The notes beneath the pieces are model-generated. The model did no database searches, was not told the DNA's origin, and worked only from the letters and a program-made list of their open reading frames with translations. The position numbers and the translations under genes are program-made. Shown piece by piece: positions 9,696 through 18,973 of a stretch of DNA of 64,000 nt. Where the stretch lies: the NCBI GenBank assembly GCA_022750455.1, contig JAKIVR010000003.1, positions 4,457-68,456 of the forward strand. The letters run 5' to 3'. Numbering within the stretch: position 1 is the stretch's first letter; the number at the start of each line of letters is the position of its first letter. Origin of the DNA: Thermoplasmata archaeon (GTDB taxonomy: Archaea > Thermoplasmatota > Thermoplasmata > Lutacidiplasmatales > UBA184).

Positions 9696-12600
9696 ATGAA
9701 AGCCGGAGCGTGGTCCACCCAGGTCGCCTTCAGTGTGAGCATCGTCGCGATCCTTCTCGCGTGGGGGATCGCCAACTCCGGGATCTCCGCGACCCCCTCT
9801 CCGACCTCGGTCAACCCCGGCGAAAAGATCTCCCTGCCGACGACGAGTTCGCCGAGCACCCACCCCGCCTCCTCCCCGAGTGCTGCCCCCGACACGTCCT
9901 CCGCGACTCCGACGTTCAAGGATTCGAGCGGCTCGCGGGCGGGTCCGACCCCTGCGACGCCTGGCCCCGCGGCCTGCCCCAATCCACCCATCTTCCTCCC
10001 GATGGGAGCCAACAATCTCCTGCCCCCGTACCCGGCGGTCGACAACACCACGAACTGGGTCGACGGGAGCCCCGGCTGCTTCGAGTTCTTCGACACGGTG
10101 CACGACTCGTTCTCCTCTGCCGAGGTTGGCTCCGGCGACCACTTCGAGGTACCGGTCGGACTGCCGGAGAATCCGGCCGGGAACGAATCGACCATCCTGG
10201 TCGACATCAACGTCGGCATGGTGGTTCAGGGCGACTCGAAGTCCCTCGGCGGCCAGTCGTGGGCTGAGGTCTACTTCGTCCCCGAAACCGGCTCCAACGC
10301 CTGGGACGGCTTCCTCGCCGTCTGGTCGGCGACGCAGAGTACCCTGTGGTACTCCCCTCCGTCGGGAGGGAACCCGGCCAGCTGCGGCGGGGAGTCCCAG
10401 GGCGCCGTCTGGACCAGCGGCACGTATTGCATCGTCGACGCCCTCAACGGCGGCGATGGCGAGAGCCTCGGCAGCTTCGCCGGCGGAGATTCGATGCTCG
10501 TCGCCATGGCCGGCACTCCCGCCGCCTCGAGTGGTATGATGGTCTGGGTCAACGACACCACGACCTCCACGGACACGTCGAACCAGCTGTCGGGCACGGA
10601 CACCAGCAGCGACTTCACGTTCACCCCCGCGTTCAAGAGCGCGTGCCTGGATGCGTGCGAACTGAACTGGTCGGGCGAGTTCGGCCTCGGGGTCGGGGTC
10701 GATCTCTGCGACAGCACGATCATCGGTGGCGACTGCTTCTCCTACGACGACTCGTACTGGAATGAGAGCTCCCCGATGGAGATCGGCGTCCCGGAGTACA
10801 TGTCGGGGGGCACCTACTCGGGCCAGTACCTGGTGCTCGCGCCGCAGTCGCTCTCGGGACACTGCTCCGGGGTGAGCACGATGCCCCCCACCGTCGTGCA
10901 ATGCTCGACGCCCGCGCAATCGTTCGGCTTCTATCCGGCGTGGAGCTTCAACGGCACGGGTCTCAACTTCGGCTCCACCTGGCCGTGGTCGATCGTCACC
11001 TGGGGCGGAGGGTTCGTCGAGTTCGGGACGTACGGGGGGCTGACGGACGACATCCCGCTCTTCCCCGACAATCCGGTGAACTCGTCCGATGACGGCTTCA
11101 TCCCCTCGGGGAGCGGCCTGACGGTCCACGCCCGCATCGCCGCGTACGGCACCGTGACCCAGGCGTCCCTGAACTACACCATCAACGGCGCCGGAGGGAA
11201 CAACCTCACGATGACGCTCACCTCGGGGAACACCGAGGATGGGAACTACACCGCTACGATCCCTTCGGGCGCCGACGGCACGATCGCGTTCCGGATCTGG
11301 GCGACGGACCTCGCCGGGGCGATCGTCCCCGGACCGTCCCCGCCCGCCCACGCCTCGATCGTCTACCGGGGCGCGCTCCCCAACTTCCAGGTCTCGGTCC
11401 TCACCACGCAGCCCGGGTGCGGCGGGGTGCTGTTCAACGGCACGGAGTACGCCGGCGGCCAGGTCATCACGACGACCCCCGGGTACTTCTCCCTCCAGGC
11501 GATCGCGTGCTATCCGTTCGTCTTCGCCAACTGGTGGACGTCACCCGGCGTGCAACCTCCCCCCTCGGTGAGCGGGACCGTCGGGATCTCGGCCTCCGGG
11601 ACGTTGCAGGAGAACCAGACGTACATCCGTCCGGACGACTCCGTGACCTTGGACTCGAACCCGAGCGGTTGCGCGGCCGTCTACGTCAACAACACGGACT
11701 ACACCACTCCCCTGGTCGTCCAGCTCCCCGGTCCCGCGATCCCCGGGGGCGTGGCGGAGTACACCCTCGGCGTCGCCGCGTGCGGCGGCTACGACTTCAG
11801 CGGATGGACCGTCGTGAACGCGGAGCCGTCCGCGGGCGGCATCTCGATCCTCGGGAACAACTTCAATCTGACCGGGAACGGGACGATCACGGAGAACTTC
11901 GTCAGCCTCTCCTCGAACCCTGTCGCGCTCGACTTCGACACGATCCCGGCGTCATGCCCGGGGGTCCTGTTCCAGGGGGTCGGGTACGTCAACGGGCAGT
12001 CGCTCGACGTCCTCCCGAACACCCCGTACGCGATCCACCAGGACCCGTGCGCGCACTACGGGTTCACGAACTTCTCGCTGACGAACGGGCTGACGATTGG
12101 CGACGGCAGCGTCACGGCGGCCCAAGGCGGGATCGTGACGGAGAACAACTACCACCTGACGCAGGTGACGCTCCTCACCCACCCGGCGGCGTGCGGGACC
12201 GTTGATTGGGACGGGGTCGACTACGCGAGCGGCAGCCCCGACTCCGACCTCAACCTGACCAACCACACCGTGCACACCGCGATCGGGGAGCCGTGCGCCG
12301 GCTACTACTTCATCGGCTTCCTCGCGATGGGCGGCGTCTCGGTGCTCGGCAACACCGTCTACGTCAACGCCTCGGGCTCGCTCCAGGCCGACTTCCTGAG
12401 CGGCAGTCCGAACGTCTTCGTCGGATTCCTCACCTCCCCGCCGTCGTGCGGCTCGATCTACCTCGAGGGCCAACAGTACAACAATAGCCAGTACACCCAC
12501 GTCGGGCCCGGCACCGTGTTCACCATCACCGCCGTCGCCTGCACCGACTATGGGTTCGTGTCGTGGATCACCAACTCCGGGGCGACGAACGGGATCTCCA

Positions 12601-13628
12601 TCGTCGCCGGGACCGCGTACATCAACGCGAGCGGCTCCATCGAGGCGCTGTTCGAGCCGCTGGTCGCGCTCGACCTGTACACCATCCCGACGTCGTGCGG
12701 GAACGTCGCGCGGGGCGGCGGCGTCAACCTGAACGGCGTCGCCTACGGCAACGGGGCGGTCGTGCAGGTCCCCGAAGGGAAGTCGTACCCGCTCAGCGCC
12801 GGCAGCTGCGCCGGCTACGTCTTCAGCGACTGGCAGAACAGCACCGGCAGCGAGCTCTCCCCGGGCCAGGTCACGGTCACCGGCCCCGCGATCCTCACGG
12901 CGGTGTTCATCCCGGCTCACTTTGCCGTCACGGTCCTCTTGGGCGGGGTCAGCTGCGGGAGCGTCGAGCTCGACCATCAGGGGTTCGGCAACAACTCGAC
13001 GGTCCTGCTGCTCAACGGGTCGTACTCGATCTCGGCCGCGCCGTGCGCCGGCGAGCAGTTGCTCGGCTGGAACACGACCGGGGGGCTCAACGTCACCAAC
13101 GGGACGATCCGCGTCCTCGGACCCGGGATCGTCACCGCGGAGTACGGCTACATCCCGCTCGCGATTTCGCTCTCCGGAGCGAACAGCTCGTACACGCAGA
13201 CGCTCATCCTGTTCGAAGTGACGGTCGGCTCGCCGATCCCGCCGTACACCTACAACTACACGTGGAACTTCGGGGACGGGACGACGTATACCACCCCCGC
13301 GAACTTCACGAGCCACGCCTATGCGTCGTCCGGGACGTACACGGTCAAGGTCTCCGTCGAGGACCCGCAACACCGCGTCGCCACCCAGTCGATGACCGTC
13401 ATCGTGACGAGCCCGCCTCCGCTGAGCGGCCTGTCGCTGAGCGACACCGAGATCGCCATCTTGATCGGTGTGATCGCGCTGTTCGTCGTCGCGATCCTGA
13501 TCGTCCAGCGCCGCCAGAACACCGGCGGCTCCCCGGACGGCGAGGACGGTAGTTCTTCGACCGCAAATGCTCAAGAACTAGTGGGGTCATCGCCCCCGCC
13601 TCCCGTCGAAGACGAATCGACTCCCTAA
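9696..13628 (+). CDS. giant surface protein: signal/TM anchor, S/T/P linker, seven tandem ~90-aa Cys-pair repeats (Listeria-Bacteroides/InlB-B-repeat-like G-Y-x-F-x-x-W motif), PKD domain, C-terminal TM
   Basis: N-terminal helix VAFSVSIVAILLAWGIA. Repeats each carry [SG]CG...C[AT]xYxFxxW. PKD signature YNYTWNFGDGTTYT...GTYTVKVSV. C-terminal helix ILIGVIALFVVAILIV plus an acidic tail. Dozens of N-x-S/T sequons. Confidence 0.8.
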   Translation: MKAGAWSTQVAFSVSIVAILLAWGIANSGISATPSPTSVNPGEKISLPTTSSPSTHPASSPSAAPDTSSATPTFKDSSGSRAGPTPATPGPAACPNPPIFLPMGANNLLPPYPAVDNTTNWVDGSPGCFEFFDTVHDSFSSAEVGSGDHFEVPVGLPENPAGNESTILVDINVGMVVQGDSKSLGGQSWAEVYFVPETGSNAWDGFLAVWSATQSTLWYSPPSGGNPASCGGESQGAVWTSGTYCIVDALNGGDGESLGSFAGGDSMLVAMAGTPAASSGMMVWVNDTTTSTDTSNQLSGTDTSSDFTFTPAFKSACLDACELNWSGEFGLGVGVDLCDSTIIGGDCFSYDDSYWNESSPMEIGVPEYMSGGTYSGQYLVLAPQSLSGHCSGVSTMPPTVVQCSTPAQSFGFYPAWSFNGTGLNFGSTWPWSIVTWGGGFVEFGTYGGLTDDIPLFPDNPVNSSDDGFIPSGSGLTVHARIAAYGTVTQASLNYTINGAGGNNLTMTLTSGNTEDGNYTATIPSGADGTIAFRIWATDLAGAIVPGPSPPAHASIVYRGALPNFQVSVLTTQPGCGGVLFNGTEYAGGQVITTTPGYFSLQAIACYPFVFANWWTSPGVQPPPSVSGTVGISASGTLQENQTYIRPDDSVTLDSNPSGCAAVYVNNTDYTTPLVVQLPGPAIPGGVAEYTLGVAACGGYDFSGWTVVNAEPSAGGISILGNNFNLTGNGTITENFVSLSSNPVALDFDTIPASCPGVLFQGVGYVNGQSLDVLPNTPYAIHQDPCAHYGFTNFSLTNGLTIGDGSVTAAQGGIVTENNYHLTQVTLLTHPAACGTVDWDGVDYASGSPDSDLNLTNHTVHTAIGEPCAGYYFIGFLAMGGVSVLGNTVYVNASGSLQADFLSGSPNVFVGFLTSPPSCGSIYLEGQQYNNSQYTHVGPGTVFTITAVACTDYGFVSWITNSGATNGISIVAGTAYINASGSIEALFEPLVALDLYTIPTSCGNVARGGGVNLNGVAYGNGAVVQVPEGKSYPLSAGSCAGYVFSDWQNSTGSELSPGQVTVTGPAILTAVFIPAHFAVTVLLGGVSCGSVELDHQGFGNNSTVLLLNGSYSISAAPCAGEQLLGWNTTGGLNVTNGTIRVLGPGIVTAEYGYIPLAISLSGANSSYTQTLILFEVTVGSPIPPYTYNYTWNFGDGTTYTTPANFTSHAYASSGTYTVKVSVEDPQHRVATQSMTVIVTSPPPLSGLSLSDTEIAILIGVIALFVVAILIVQRRQNTGGSPDGEDGSSSTANAQELVGSSPPPPVEDESTP
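11390..13270 (+). repeat. seven tandem ~270-nt coding repeats (protein-level ~90-aa Cys-pair modules) inside gene 9696-13628
   Basis: Recurring protein blocks [SG]CG.(V/I)...G..Y........P........AC..Y.F..W....G. Nucleotide identity between copies is low, suggesting ancient duplication. Confidence 0.6.
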
Positions 13629-13639
13629 GAGGAACCACA

Positions 13640-16600
13640 ATGATCGAGAATGGCCCGCAAGAGCACCTGTCGACGACGAACGCAACCCCGGCCGCGGCCG
13701 CTGGGAACTCCCGACGCCTCATGGCCGTCGCGTTGGCGGGGATGTTCATCGCCTCCACGGTGTTGATCTTCGCCATCACCGGAGTCCCGTTCGCCTCGAC
13801 GACGCACGCGGCTCCCCAGCCGGGGATGCCGTTCGCCGAGCCGCAGTCGATGGCGCACGCCGTCTCGCGGGGGGCGTCCCCATCGGCCGCCGCCCCAACG
13901 ACCACGACGCCCCTGGCCAGCTCGGCCGGTGCGAGTTTTCCCGTGGGTCCTTCCTTCCTGCACAGCGCCCCCTCCGCGAGCCTCTCTCCCCATAGCCTCC
14001 TCCCGGCCGGCGTGACGTTGCCCTCGACCGACAAGAGCTCGACCTCTTCGAGCCCGACCTCTTCGAGCCCGACCTCTTTCGGCCCCGTATCGGAGGACGC
14101 CTCGACGTCCCAGAACTGGTACGTGAACAACTGGTCGAGCGACTCCCAGGTGATCCAGGTCGGAGCGAGCAACCAATCGCTCGCCCTGACGGGGACGAGC
14201 GTAAACGGCCTCAACGGCTCGTATTTCTTCTACCAGCACGGCTTCACCTACGTCAGCACCACCTCGAACGGCGGTAAGACGTGGAAGACGACCTGGCCCG
14301 GCCAGGCGTCCGCGTGGACCGCGACTCCCTCCGCTCCCGCCTACGGGGACGTGAACGACGGATCCTCGGCGATCGCCTCCGACAGCACGGGGGACCTGTT
14401 CCTCGTCTCCACGTACGCCCAGGTCTGCTACGCGGATTACTACGGCCTGGACGAGTGGGAGAGCAACAACGGCATCGTCCCCTCCACGTATTGCAACTCC
14501 ACCGTCAACATCAGCGCGCCCGAAGGGTACTCGTTCGACGAGATGCCCGCCGGCGGCGGCTGGGCGGCCCCGACGGAGATCGACTCGTTCCAGCCGCTCG
14601 TATACGAGCAGCTCGACTTTGGCGGCTGCCCGAAGACGAATGAGCTCGTGTTCGGGAACTTCACCTACGGCTCGCCCCAGATCTTCTCGAGCGCGAACGG
14701 CCAGGACCTCTCGGTCGTCGTGCAGATCCTCAGTTTCGTGGATTCGGCGTGGACGTGCTCCGACAGCGCCTACAGCTCCGGCGGCACGGTCACCTTGGGC
14801 ACGTATTCGAGCTACTCCACCGACGGGGGCGCCTCTTGGTCGACCGTGACGAGCATCGGCGGGAACTACACGCCGTTCTCGACCGGCGCCTACAACACCC
14901 TCAACGGGGACGAGTACGACGCGTGGTTCGACGGCGACAACTCCACCGCGTGGGTCGATCAACCGCAGACGACCGACCAGACGAGCATCGCCTTCGCTCG
15001 GAGCACCGACAACGGGGCGACGTGGTCGACCCCGGGGGACATCGACGGCACGCTTCTCGTGAACTTCGACAACACCACCGCCTCCCCGTTCGTGGCGATC
15101 GGCAACCTGCCGTGGAGCAACCAGGCGCCGTCGCTCACAGTCGACAACTGGACCTCGTCGCCGTACTCCGGCAACCTCTACGTCGCCTTCGGAGACAACC
15201 GGACGGCGGTCGACCCGACCTCGGGCACCGGCGACCCGAGCGTGCGAATCGTCGTCTCCTCGGACAACGGCGTCTCGTGGGGCACCCCCGTCAATGTGAC
15301 GCCGGACTGCTTGGTGACCCCCGCCGACTGTGGCGGCGCCGCCGTCGTCTTCTATACGCCCCAGGTCGCGGTGACCCCGAACGGCAACGTCTGGGTCACG
15401 GTCATGGGATACGACACCTCCAGCGCCTCGACCCAGGAGTGGGTGCTCGTATCGACCGACGCGGGAGCGACGTGGTCGAGCCCGTTCGCGGTCTCCGACA
15501 CCGCGACCGCGATCGGCACCACGGTCGCGTTCCTGTACGACAACAATCCGCTGATCGCCCCGTACTTCACCGGGCCGGGTCTCGGCTTCCCGTGGGGGAA
15601 CGGGAACATCTTCCTCGGTCCTTCGTGGAACTACATCACAACGGGGACCCCCGGGTTCCAAGAGCCGACCGACGGGGCGGCCCCGGCGATCAACGGGATC
15701 GTGGCGACGACCGAAGGCCTGTTCAGCACCTGGACCGACTGCCGGGACGCGTCGAACTGCCTCACGGGGACCGGCAACTCCTCGATCTTCGCGGCGTACG
15801 TCTTGGGTCTGACCGTGAACGCCTCGGGCGCGAACGGCTTTGGGCCGCTCTCGGCGAGCGTCGCCATCAACTCCCTCGGGTCGGGCGTGACGGTCGACGT
15901 GACGCCCTCCCAGTCCGGACTCGTCGCCTTGGACGAGGGCGCGACGGTCTCGGCGCAGACCGCGTCGTCGATGTCGTACAACGCGACGTTCCTGCTCGGC
16001 TTCCAGGAGTTCAGCGGTGGGACGATCGACACGCTCTCCAATCCCGGTACGGGGACGGTCAGCAGTTCGAGCAGCCAGATCGAAGCGATCTTCACCCCCG
16101 AGCCCGCGGGATGGATCAACGGCACCGTGACGCCGACCTCGGCGAACCCGAAGGTCTACCTCAACGACGTCCAGGTGACCGACCTGCAGGTGCTGGGGCA
16201 CTCGTACTGGTTCAATGAGACCGTGCTCGCCGGCTCCTCCTACACCGTCTCGGCGACCGCGACCGATTACAACTCGACGTCCGCGCAGTGCCTGGTGAAC
16301 GCCTTCACGGTCTGCACGACGAGCCTCGTCCTCGTGCCCGAGGCCGGCTATCTGAACGACACGATCACGGCGGCGACCGGCGGGGTCCCCCAGGGATTGA
16401 CCGTGACGCTCGAGTCGTTGTCGGGCGTGAGCTATCCGTTCTCGGTGTCGCCGACCTCCGGTCTCTTCCATCTCGAAGCGCCGTGGGGGCCGTACTGGCT
16501 GAACGCCACCGCGACCGGGATGACGAGCTACTCGGGGACGATCACCCTACCCCCCGGCACCTCGGGGAGCCTGCACAACCTCGTGCTGTACGGCAGTCAC

Positions 16601-17332
16601 ATCGATGGCACGCTCGCCCCGATCAACTCGATCGTCAAGATCAATGGCATCCTGTTGGGACCGGGCAACGGCAACTACACCGATGACTCGTACAACTGGA
16701 GCGGCCTCGCGGGCACGTACAAGGTGACGGCGTCGGACGCCGGCTACAGTGTCTTCAGCCAGAACGTGACGGTCGCGGCAGGACAGAACCTGAGCGGGCT
16801 CAACATCATCCTCGTCAACCACGGCTGGTTCGTCGGGACGGTCTCCCCGGCGACGGCGACGATCCTGGTCGGCAAGAGCTTCGTGACGGTCGAGAGCGGG
16901 AAGTTCAACCAGTCGTTCCCGACGGGAGTCTACGCGGTGACGGTCGAGGCCGCGGGATACACCGCGAACAACACCAACGCGAACATCACCCCGGGGAACG
17001 CGACGCCGTTCATCTTCATCCTGAAGACGAGTGGCACGAACCCCCAGAACTGCACGAACGATCCGCAATTGGCGAACTGCTCGAAGCAAGGAACGAATAC
17101 CTCGGTCGCCCCCGCTAACAACAACGCCCTCATCGAAGAAGCGGGGATCGGCCTCCTCATCGTGATCGTCGTGATCCTCGCGGCGGTGATGCTCATGCGG
17201 AGCGGTAAGGGCGGCCGCGGCGGCCAGCAACAGTGGGACGACGGGCAGGGCAGCTCCTCGACCGCCGCTGGCAACTCGGGCGACACCATGTCCGTCAACG
17301 ACGGCACGTCGGGCGGACCCGGAACCAACTGA
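13640..17332 (+). CDS. BNR/Asp-box repeat (beta-propeller) surface glycoprotein with C-terminal PEGA-like domains and TM anchor
   Basis: N-terminal helix LMAVALAGMFIASTVLIFAI. Asp-box motifs S-x-D-x-G-x-T-W at least five times (TSNGGKTWKTT, STDGGASWSTV, STDNGATWSTP, SSDNGVSWGTP, STDAGATWSSP). PEGA-like segments GTYKVTASDAGYSVF / GVYAVTVEAAGYTAN. C-terminal helix AGIGLLIVIVVILAAVMLM. Confidence 0.8.
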   Translation: MIENGPQEHLSTTNATPAAAAGNSRRLMAVALAGMFIASTVLIFAITGVPFASTTHAAPQPGMPFAEPQSMAHAVSRGASPSAAAPTTTTPLASSAGASFPVGPSFLHSAPSASLSPHSLLPAGVTLPSTDKSSTSSSPTSSSPTSFGPVSEDASTSQNWYVNNWSSDSQVIQVGASNQSLALTGTSVNGLNGSYFFYQHGFTYVSTTSNGGKTWKTTWPGQASAWTATPSAPAYGDVNDGSSAIASDSTGDLFLVSTYAQVCYADYYGLDEWESNNGIVPSTYCNSTVNISAPEGYSFDEMPAGGGWAAPTEIDSFQPLVYEQLDFGGCPKTNELVFGNFTYGSPQIFSSANGQDLSVVVQILSFVDSAWTCSDSAYSSGGTVTLGTYSSYSTDGGASWSTVTSIGGNYTPFSTGAYNTLNGDEYDAWFDGDNSTAWVDQPQTTDQTSIAFARSTDNGATWSTPGDIDGTLLVNFDNTTASPFVAIGNLPWSNQAPSLTVDNWTSSPYSGNLYVAFGDNRTAVDPTSGTGDPSVRIVVSSDNGVSWGTPVNVTPDCLVTPADCGGAAVVFYTPQVAVTPNGNVWVTVMGYDTSSASTQEWVLVSTDAGATWSSPFAVSDTATAIGTTVAFLYDNNPLIAPYFTGPGLGFPWGNGNIFLGPSWNYITTGTPGFQEPTDGAAPAINGIVATTEGLFSTWTDCRDASNCLTGTGNSSIFAAYVLGLTVNASGANGFGPLSASVAINSLGSGVTVDVTPSQSGLVALDEGATVSAQTASSMSYNATFLLGFQEFSGGTIDTLSNPGTGTVSSSSSQIEAIFTPEPAGWINGTVTPTSANPKVYLNDVQVTDLQVLGHSYWFNETVLAGSSYTVSATATDYNSTSAQCLVNAFTVCTTSLVLVPEAGYLNDTITAATGGVPQGLTVTLESLSGVSYPFSVSPTSGLFHLEAPWGPYWLNATATGMTSYSGTITLPPGTSGSLHNLVLYGSHIDGTLAPINSIVKINGILLGPGNGNYTDDSYNWSGLAGTYKVTASDAGYSVFSQNVTVAAGQNLSGLNIILVNHGWFVGTVSPATATILVGKSFVTVESGKFNQSFPTGVYAVTVEAAGYTANNTNANITPGNATPFIFILKTSGTNPQNCTNDPQLANCSKQGTNTSVAPANNNALIEEAGIGLLIVIVVILAAVMLMRSGKGGRGGQQQWDDGQGSSSTAAGNSGDTMSVNDGTSGGPGTN

Positions 17333-17334
17333 GA

Positions 17335-17633
17335 CCGGTGGAAGCCCTCTTCGAGGGCGACGGTTCAACCCCTTCCTACCTTTCTTTCCTTCTCTTCTCT
17401 GGGACCGAGCGTGGGCGGAGTCCGAACGTCCCCGGAGCGTTCGCGCCGTCGAGGTTTGCGCGCCGTGGACCGGAGACGACGAGGCCCGCGGCAAAAGTAG
17501 ATATGGCTCGGTCCATTCGACGTTCTTGGCCGGAGGACTTTTCCGGCGCTGTCCATGGAAGGGGAAGGCACCGACCGGCCGCGTTTGGAGAAGCTTCCCG
17601 ACACGGCGAGAATGAGTCCCGGTTCCACCGGGT
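17335..17633. other. candidate replication-origin region: inverted copies of CCGGTGGAA (ORB-core-like) flanking a pyrimidine-rich tract and the orc1 start
   Basis: CCGGTGGAAG at 17335-17344 (plus orientation). CCGGTGGAAC on the minus strand at 17621-17633. Polypyrimidine tract CCTTCCTACCTTTCTTTCCTTCTCTTCTCT at ~17379-17408. Confidence 0.3.
17493..17504 (+). promoter_or_regulatory. TATA-like element (AAAAGTAGATAT) upstream of orc1
   Basis: AT-rich dodecamer ~50 nt upstream of ATG 17555, in a 220-nt intergenic region. Confidence 0.35.
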
Positions 17634-18970
17634 CGTACACGGACCGTGCCTCCGCCCCCGCTCTCCCGATCCCGGAACCGCCCTCTCGAACTCCCCCCTC
17701 CTCCAGCACGAATGTCATTGACGCCGTGCTCCGGGGCAAGTCCGACCTCTTCTTTGGGAGTCGAGAGATCCTTCGCGAGTCGTACGTCCCGGCCCGATTG
17801 CCCCACCGGGAGGAGCAGACGCGCAAGGTGGCGGAGATCCTCGTCCCCGCGCTCCGGGGCGACTTGCCTTCGAACCTCTTGATCTACGGGAAGATCGGGA
17901 CCGGCAAGACCGTCGTCGTCCAGCAAGTGCGCCACGAGTTCCAGCGACGCCCTGAGGCGGAGGGGAAGGTCACGTTCCTCGCGGTCAACTGCGCCACGAT
18001 CGACACCCCGTACTCGCTCCTCCAGACGATCGGAAACTCCCTCGCACCGACGGAGTCCGACCGGATCCCGACCGGGTGGTCCCTCGATCGGGTCCACACC
18101 GCGCTCCGCGACCAGATCGACCGCAAGGGCGGGATCTACCTGCTCGTCCTCGACGAGATCGACCGTCTCGTCGCGCGGAGCGGGGATGGCGTGCTCTACA
18201 CGCTCGCCCAGATCAACACCGAGCTCAGCCGTTCGCGGGTCGCCCTCATCGGGATCTCCAACGACCTGAAGTTCACGAGCCACCTCGATGCGAGGGTCCG
18301 CAGCCGGCTCAACGAGGAGAAGCTGGTCTTTCCCCCCTACGACGCCGCCATGCTCGAGGACATCCTCCAGGACCGGGCGAAGGAAGTCTTCCGCGAGGGT
18401 GTCGTCGACTCCGGGGTCATCAAGCGGTGCGCCGCCTACGCCACGCTCGAGAGCGGTGACGCCCGCCGGGCGCTTGCCCTGTTGCGTCTCGCCGCCGAGA
18501 TCGCGGAGCGGGAGCACGCGAAACGGATCACGTCCGAGCACGTGGTCAAGGCGAAGAGTCGCCTGGAGCTCGACATCATCGCCGAGTGCTGCCGGACCCT
18601 CCCCTCCCAGTGCAAGATCCTGCTCTACTCGATCCTGCAGATGTACGAGAGGCGGCGCGCCGGCGTGCTGACGGGCGAAGTGTACGAGGCGTATTCGCGT
18701 CTCTGCCAGCGCCTTGGGCTCGAGCCCCTCCACTCCCGCAGCATCTCGAACTATCTCTCCGAGCTCGAGAACCTTGGCCTGATCCGAGCGGTCGTCGTCT
18801 CGCGAGGACGGGGCGGCCGGACCCGGGAGATCGTCGTGGACGTGCCGATCGCCGAGACGTTCCCGGCGCTCGCCGAGGACCCTCTCCTCGCCCCCCTCGT
18901 CCGCCCTCGAGGCCCGGGCCAGACGATCCTCACCAACTTCGACAATCCGGATCGGACCTTCACGGCGTGA
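17555..18970 (+). CDS. orc1: Orc1/Cdc6 replication initiator
   Basis: Conserved LRESYVPARLPHREEQ segment. Walker A YGKIGTGKT. Walker B LVLDEID. Sensor GISND. C-terminal winged-helix region. Low-complexity P/S-rich N-terminal extension; alternative start ATG 17612. Confidence 0.9.
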   Translation: MEGEGTDRPRLEKLPDTARMSPGSTGSYTDRASAPALPIPEPPSRTPPSSSTNVIDAVLRGKSDLFFGSREILRESYVPARLPHREEQTRKVAEILVPALRGDLPSNLLIYGKIGTGKTVVVQQVRHEFQRRPEAEGKVTFLAVNCATIDTPYSLLQTIGNSLAPTESDRIPTGWSLDRVHTALRDQIDRKGGIYLLVLDEIDRLVARSGDGVLYTLAQINTELSRSRVALIGISNDLKFTSHLDARVRSRLNEEKLVFPPYDAAMLEDILQDRAKEVFREGVVDSGVIKRCAAYATLESGDARRALALLRLAAEIAEREHAKRITSEHVVKAKSRLELDIIAECCRTLPSQCKILLYSILQMYERRRAGVLTGEVYEAYSRLCQRLGLEPLHSRSISNYLSELENLGLIRAVVVSRGRGGRTREIVVDVPIAETFPALAEDPLLAPLVRPRGPGQTILTNFDNPDRTFTA

Positions 18971-18973
18971 CTC

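Noticed and set aside
14041-14085. Short tandem nucleotide repeat CGACCTCTTCGAGCC (~2.5 copies).
   Set aside because: It lies inside the BNR-protein CDS and simply encodes a repeated SSSPTS linker. It is not an independent element, nor CRISPR- or mini-satellite-like.
17233-17721. 162-aa plus-strand ORF starting at ATG 17503 inside the orc1 upstream region.
   Set aside because: It overlaps the promoter/candidate origin and the orc1 5' end out of frame. Its translation is Arg/Pro/Gly-rich with no motif. Judged spurious.
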